A stretch of 64,000 nucleotides of DNA. It comes from Candidatus Latescibacterota bacterium (GTDB taxonomy: Bacteria > Latescibacterota > UBA2968 > GCA-2709665). This document shows positions 59,859-64,000 of the stretch, one piece after another. Within the stretch, counting starts at the first letter, position 1. Each line of letters starts with the position of its first letter. The notes beneath the pieces are model-generated. The model saw only the letters and a list, made by a program, of their open reading frames with translations, ran no database searches and was not told the DNA's origin. A program made the translations under genes and the position numbers. The stretch lies in assembly GCA_965237675.1 (NCBI GenBank), contig OZ250150.1, positions 480,001-544,000 on the forward strand. The letters are read 5' to 3'.

Positions 59859-60593
59859 TTACAATTTGCTCACGACCAGCCGCACACGCGTCCCCTGCTT
59901 CACCTCTTCCCCGAATTCGGGCACATGCCGGATCACCACGTTCAATAGATGCTGGGTGCTGAATTCGTACCGGATATCCCGCAACAGGAGCCCGGCCTCC
60001 TCCAACTCCGCCCGGGCCGTCTCAAGCGACTTGCCGACGAGATTCGGCACAGGGACCATCTCTCCCGGAGGCCCGTTACTTATCGTTACCGATATTGGTG
60101 TTCCGACCTGTACCCGTTGTCCCGGCAGGGGATCCTGGCTGATTATCAATCCTTCCTTGACGATTGGAGACGCATCCTCCAGAGTATCTCCCATGGCCAG
60201 GCCGGACTGTGCAATCCACAACTGCGCCTGGCGAAGGGACTTTTCCCGAAGGTCCGGCACCTCGTAAAGGCGGGTCCCTCGACTTGGCACCGCATACACA
60301 GTCCGGTTAATCTTCACATGCGAACGCGCGGGCGGGTTCTGGTGTACCAGCCGGCCTTCGGCAATCGAAGCGTCCCATCGGGGCTGCTGAAGCTTCAACT
60401 TCAGGCCCCTTTGAGACAGCGCCTGGCTGGCATCTTCGGGTGTGAGATCCACGATATCGGGTACTTCAACCCGCTGGCCGGCCTGTACCAGACGCGGCAT
60501 GATGAAACGATCGAGCAGGATCAGCGCCACGGTACCGGTGAGCACCGCGCAGCCCGCGAATAGCGCCACCTCTCGCAGAATCCTTTTGGCCAT
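59859..60593 (-). CDS. PASTA domain-containing membrane protein (three PASTA repeats)
   Basis: N-terminal TM; VPD/VPN...Q.P..G..V......S repeats; adjacent to rpe. Confidence 0.88.
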   Translation of the reverse strand: MAKRILREVALFAGCAVLTGTVALILLDRFIMPRLVQAGQRVEVPDIVDLTPEDASQALSQRGLKLKLQQPRWDASIAEGRLVHQNPPARSHVKINRTVYAVPSRGTRLYEVPDLREKSLRQAQLWIAQSGLAMGDTLEDASPIVKEGLIISQDPLPGQRVQVGTPISVTISNGPPGEMVPVPNLVGKSLETARAELEEAGLLLRDIRYEFSTQHLLNVVIRHVPEFGEEVKQGTRVRLVVSKL

Positions 60594-60718
60594 CCTTCTG
60601 GTAACCCGCCTTTTTCAGAGTAAACAACCGCGCCCGGCGCGGGGGGTTTGAACCCCCCGTTCAGTGTCCGAATGAAAAATAGGACAACATCCCCCCGGTG
60701 TCAAGATCACACCCCCCT

Positions 60719-61711
60719 TCAACGTCCCAGCGTCAAGGAGACCCGGTGTGACAGCCCCAACACCGTGTGGTACAGCGTCGCATAGTCGATCCGGAAGCCC
60801 CTGTGAGCCACACCCGCCCCCATCGAAAATCGCTCGGCGGGACCCCCGGCCCCCAGGCGCAACATGACCCGGCGGGCGAGGCTGTACTCCATACCCACGC
60901 TCACGCCCGTTGAACGGCCCGCCTCCTTGCGAACATCCACGAGCAGTGCCAAATCCGGCGCGACCTCGAACCCCACGCCGACCATACCACCCTGGCCCAG
61001 CACGTCCACCGACTGCCCGCCGGCATTCCAGGCCGCAAGCCCCAGCATAACCTGCGCGCCGAGTACCATCCTCGCACCCAGATCGAATGCCGTCCACGAA
61101 CGCTTCGCGCCACCGGCAACCGACAACAGCAGACGCCGAATCCTCAGCCCGAGACCCAGCCGGGACACCACCCGATGCCCGAATGCAAGCCCGACGATCC
61201 GCTCCCGATACAGGCTGAACCCGTAATCCTGGTAACTCAGGCCGATTGCCGCCCTGCCCGTAGACGCGACTGTCCCAAACGCATTGGCATCCAACACATC
61301 TATCCCGAACGGCCGCTCATACCCTCCCGTTATGCTGACACCCTCGCCCCATGCGAGCGCCCCCGCGTTCCAGAAGACCCCGTCAACACCTGCGGCCCAT
61401 CCCACAAATGCGTCTCCCAATCCACCGGCTCTGGCGCCGACTGCCTGAAACTCGAACGCGCCGTCGGCTTGAACGGGTGCCACGGACACGCACAGAAGCC
61501 CGTAGAAACCCGCGAACCCGATCCGCATCACGAGAAGACCGCACCACGCCCCGTTGCGAAGCCACGGATTGAACCGGCTACCGTGTTTTTTTTCTACACG
61601 CGAGCGTCGCTCTCCGAGGACATCATCGCCCCGCCCCGCCACGCTTACTTTCGATAATCCCATCCTATCGTTCCTCAGTCTGCGGGATATTCGGCAGGGC
61701 TCGAGACCCAA
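60719..61711 (-). CDS. PorV/PorQ-like outer-membrane beta-barrel (true start probably near 61530)
   Basis: GARA.GLGDA.......WN.G.L N-terminus; IDYA....LG.SHRVSL C-terminus. Confidence 0.7.
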   Translation of the reverse strand: MGLEPCRISRRLRNDRMGLSKVSVAGRGDDVLGERRSRVEKKHGSRFNPWLRNGAWCGLLVMRIGFAGFYGLLCVSVAPVQADGAFEFQAVGARAGGLGDAFVGWAAGVDGVFWNAGALAWGEGVSITGGYERPFGIDVLDANAFGTVASTGRAAIGLSYQDYGFSLYRERIVGLAFGHRVVSRLGLGLRIRRLLLSVAGGAKRSWTAFDLGARMVLGAQVMLGLAAWNAGGQSVDVLGQGGMVGVGFEVAPDLALLVDVRKEAGRSTGVSVGMEYSLARRVMLRLGAGGPAERFSMGAGVAHRGFRIDYATLYHTVLGLSHRVSLTLGR

Positions 61712-62230
61712 CCGGTGCTTTCTTAATGGAAAACACCGCGGAAGCGGTTCGTTCGAACCGCCGAGGCCACGGCATACCGCGCGACGGAGCCGCGACCCTT
61801 CAGTTACTGTGTAGACGAGCGTGTAGCTGCTTCTTCATTGTCGTTTCCTTTCCAGATCGTTACTGCAAACCCTGTACCATGCCTTTACCGTATCCGATCA
61901 CAATCGACCATCTTATTTATTATCAGAACTTTGAAACTGCCGTTTCCTGGGCTGTCTCAAACCACGGATCGAGAATCCGCCATACCGGATGTGACAGTCC
62001 ACCTTTGAATTGACGACCGGAACAGGACAAAAAAAACGTGGGCAATCACCCACGGACAAGATTGAAATAGACCGGACCGCACTGCGCTGTTATATTTCTC
62101 ACCTAACCGGAACGACGTTGACCGCTGCCACACCCACAGTAGATGGGATATCGGTTGCAGGATTGGTACTTCCTCAGTTCGCACAGGAGGTTGCGTGTCG
62201 CTTCAAAATCCGTTGTGCGAAAACACGCCA

Positions 62231-63169
62231 ATGAATCAGGGTTGGACCTATCACAACCGTATCCAGCCTGAGGCGGAAGGAGAAACCGTTCTTCAGTTCT
62301 ATGTCCAGCGCTATCCCCATTCCTCTCGGGAAGCCTGGCGGAAACGGATAAAATCCGGCGAAGTACAGCTGAATGACAACCCGACCACGCCCGAAACCCC
62401 ACTTGCCTCGGGCCAGCGGCTCACTTTCCACCGTAGGCCATGGCGGGAACCGGACGCTCCCTGTTCGTTTGCGCTGCTCTACGAGGATAGACACCTCCTT
62501 GCCGCAGCCAAACCCGCCGGTCTCCCGGTGTTGCCCGGTGGCCACCATCTCCGGAACACCCTGCTTGCCCGCATCCGCGAACGCTACCCCGATGCCCCCG
62601 GACCGGCGCCCCTGCATCGGCTTGGGCGGGGAACCTCGGGCATCGTTCTGTTCGCCCGTACCGCATCGGCAAGACGAGTCCTTTCGGAGGACTTCCGAAA
62701 CCGGCGCATTTGCAAGCTCTACCGCGCCCTCGTCGCCGGCACCGATATGCCCGATCGGTTTGCTGTGGATGTACCCATCGGACGGATTCCCTATTCACCA
62801 ATTCGATACCTGTACGCGGCAATGAGCGAGGGGAAACCGGCCAGGACGGAATGCCGGGTACTCCACCGCAATCCCGAAAACAATCGCAGCCTGATCCGTG
62901 TCAATCTCGTCACCGGCCGCGCCCACCAGATCCGGATTCACCTCGCAGCTGCCGGACATCCCCTGGTTGACGACCCCCTGTATCGTGCGGGTGGCCTGCC
63001 CGTAGTGACACCCACTGGAGTTCGCGCCCCGCTACCCGGTGACATCGGATACCACCTCCACGCCCACCAACTCCACTTCACCCACCCCGCCACACGCCGG
63101 TCTGTTCATCTCAGGTGTTTGCCGCCTCCAATCCTCCGCACACCTGAGGAGATCGCCGAAATGCCCTGA
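62231..63169 (+). CDS. RluA family pseudouridine synthase homolog (HRLG variant)
   Basis: KP.GL.V.P, HRLGRGTSG, K.Y.A, TGR.HQIR.H....GHP...D..Y and LHA motifs; S4-like N-terminus. Confidence 0.85.
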   Translation: MNQGWTYHNRIQPEAEGETVLQFYVQRYPHSSREAWRKRIKSGEVQLNDNPTTPETPLASGQRLTFHRRPWREPDAPCSFALLYEDRHLLAAAKPAGLPVLPGGHHLRNTLLARIRERYPDAPGPAPLHRLGRGTSGIVLFARTASARRVLSEDFRNRRICKLYRALVAGTDMPDRFAVDVPIGRIPYSPIRYLYAAMSEGKPARTECRVLHRNPENNRSLIRVNLVTGRAHQIRIHLAAAGHPLVDDPLYRAGGLPVVTPTGVRAPLPGDIGYHLHAHQLHFTHPATRRSVHLRCLPPPILRTPEEIAEMP

Positions 63170-63299
63170 AAGTTCGTTTGCAGAACTCCACGTGCACACC
63201 CGATTGTGAACGGGCTAATGTCGACTGACTAAATGCGGTGAGATGCAGATACCCCTCCGACTCCGGTCGCACCGGGCCCGGCGGCTGATGCGATGCGTG

Positions 63300-63376
63300 T
63301 CGGCGAGCGACGGAAATGCAGCGAGACGGGATGAATCGGCGGACGAATGGTGACATATTTCCGGGAAAAGACACTA
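63300..63376 (-). repeat. Half MITE-like element (copy D)
   Basis: Reverse complement TAGTGTCTTTTCCCGGAAATATGTCACCATTCGTCCGCCGATTCATCCCGTCTCGCTGC is nearly identical to 46541-46598. Confidence 0.8.
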
Positions 63377-64000
63377 ATCCCTGATTCTGGTTGTCTCATC
63401 CGTACGGGCCTGCTCGATGTGTCTGCCGGTAAAACCCACGGCGTTTCGCAGGTCGGCGCCGCGCAGGTCGGTATTCTGAAAGTTGGCCTTATAGAGGTCG
63501 GTGTTTTCCATTCGGGCTTTGATGAGGCTCGCGCACCGGAGGTCGGCCAGTACCAGGTCGGCATTCTGCAGCCTGGCGCCTTGCAGATCGGCATTCCTGA
63601 AGTCAACCCCCTGAAGGTTGGCGCCCTGAAGGTTGGCGCCTCTCAGATTGGCGCCCCGGAGGTCGGCGTTGAGAAGATTGGCGCCCCGGAGGTCGGCGTT
63701 GAGAAGATTGGCGTCCTGAACGGCCGCTTTTCGCAGATCGGTTCCGTTCAGAATGGCGTCGCGAAGGTTGGCGCCCCGCAGTGTGGTCCCCTGCAACCGG
63801 GCACCTGAAAGATCGGCATTCAATAGATCGGCAAGTTCCAGGTCTGCGGGCGCAAGATCGGCGTTTTTGAGATTGGCGCCCCGCAAAACGGCTCGTTGGA
63901 GGCGAGCACCCGAGAGATCGGCGTCCTGAAGGTTTGCGTCGCGGAAGTTGGCCTCGTAGAGCCTGGCACGCTGGAGGTTTGCGCCGTGCAGATCCGCGTT
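63374..64000 (-). CDS. Pentapeptide repeat protein (5' end outside window)
   Basis: A(D/N)LxG repeats continue to the window edge; includes a 30-bp internal duplication (ANLLNADLRG x2). Confidence 0.9.
   Translation of the reverse strand, partial: NADLHGANLQRARLYEANFRDANLQDADLSGARLQRAVLRGANLKNADLAPADLELADLLNADLSGARLQGTTLRGANLRDAILNGTDLRKAAVQDANLLNADLRGANLLNADLRGANLRGANLQGANLQGVDFRNADLQGARLQNADLVLADLRCASLIKARMENTDLYKANFQNTDLRGADLRNAVGFTGRHIEQARTDETTRIRD

Overview
GC-rich bacterial window. The three DUF6785-type membrane paralogs, PhyH enzymes and PorV-like barrel suggest an FCB-group lineage such as Ca. Latescibacterota or Gemmatimonadota; this is inference only. 1-16.4 kb is accessory/defence DNA: a 5'-truncated DUF3883 nuclease-domain protein, an AbiEi/AbiEii pair, and a HipA-like kinase (broken by an in-frame TGA) with a HIRAN partner, interspersed with glycosidase-like and VOC genes. 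17-35.8 kb is a co-directional catabolic cluster built around three DUF6785/6784 membrane paralogs. 35.8-37.3 kb is an AT-richer, translationally coupled three-gene operon led by a Tse2-like ADP-ribosyltransferase candidate. 39.2-42.9 kb is an IS1380 element with a group II intron inserted exactly at the inner edge of its right inverted repeat; the intron EBS1 is complementary to that repeat and its RT is inactivated. Next come decayed duplication relics, sugar-modifying genes and a metal-transport pair (ZIP, ArsP-SPFH fusion). The core block is tRNA-Val(TAC), rplS, trmD, rimM, rpsP, ffh, rpe, followed by an RluA homolog lacking the catalytic Asp and a partial pentapeptide-repeat gene. A MITE-like repeat occurs four times, three of them starting in a TAG stop codon. 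All family calls come from motif recognition, not database searches.
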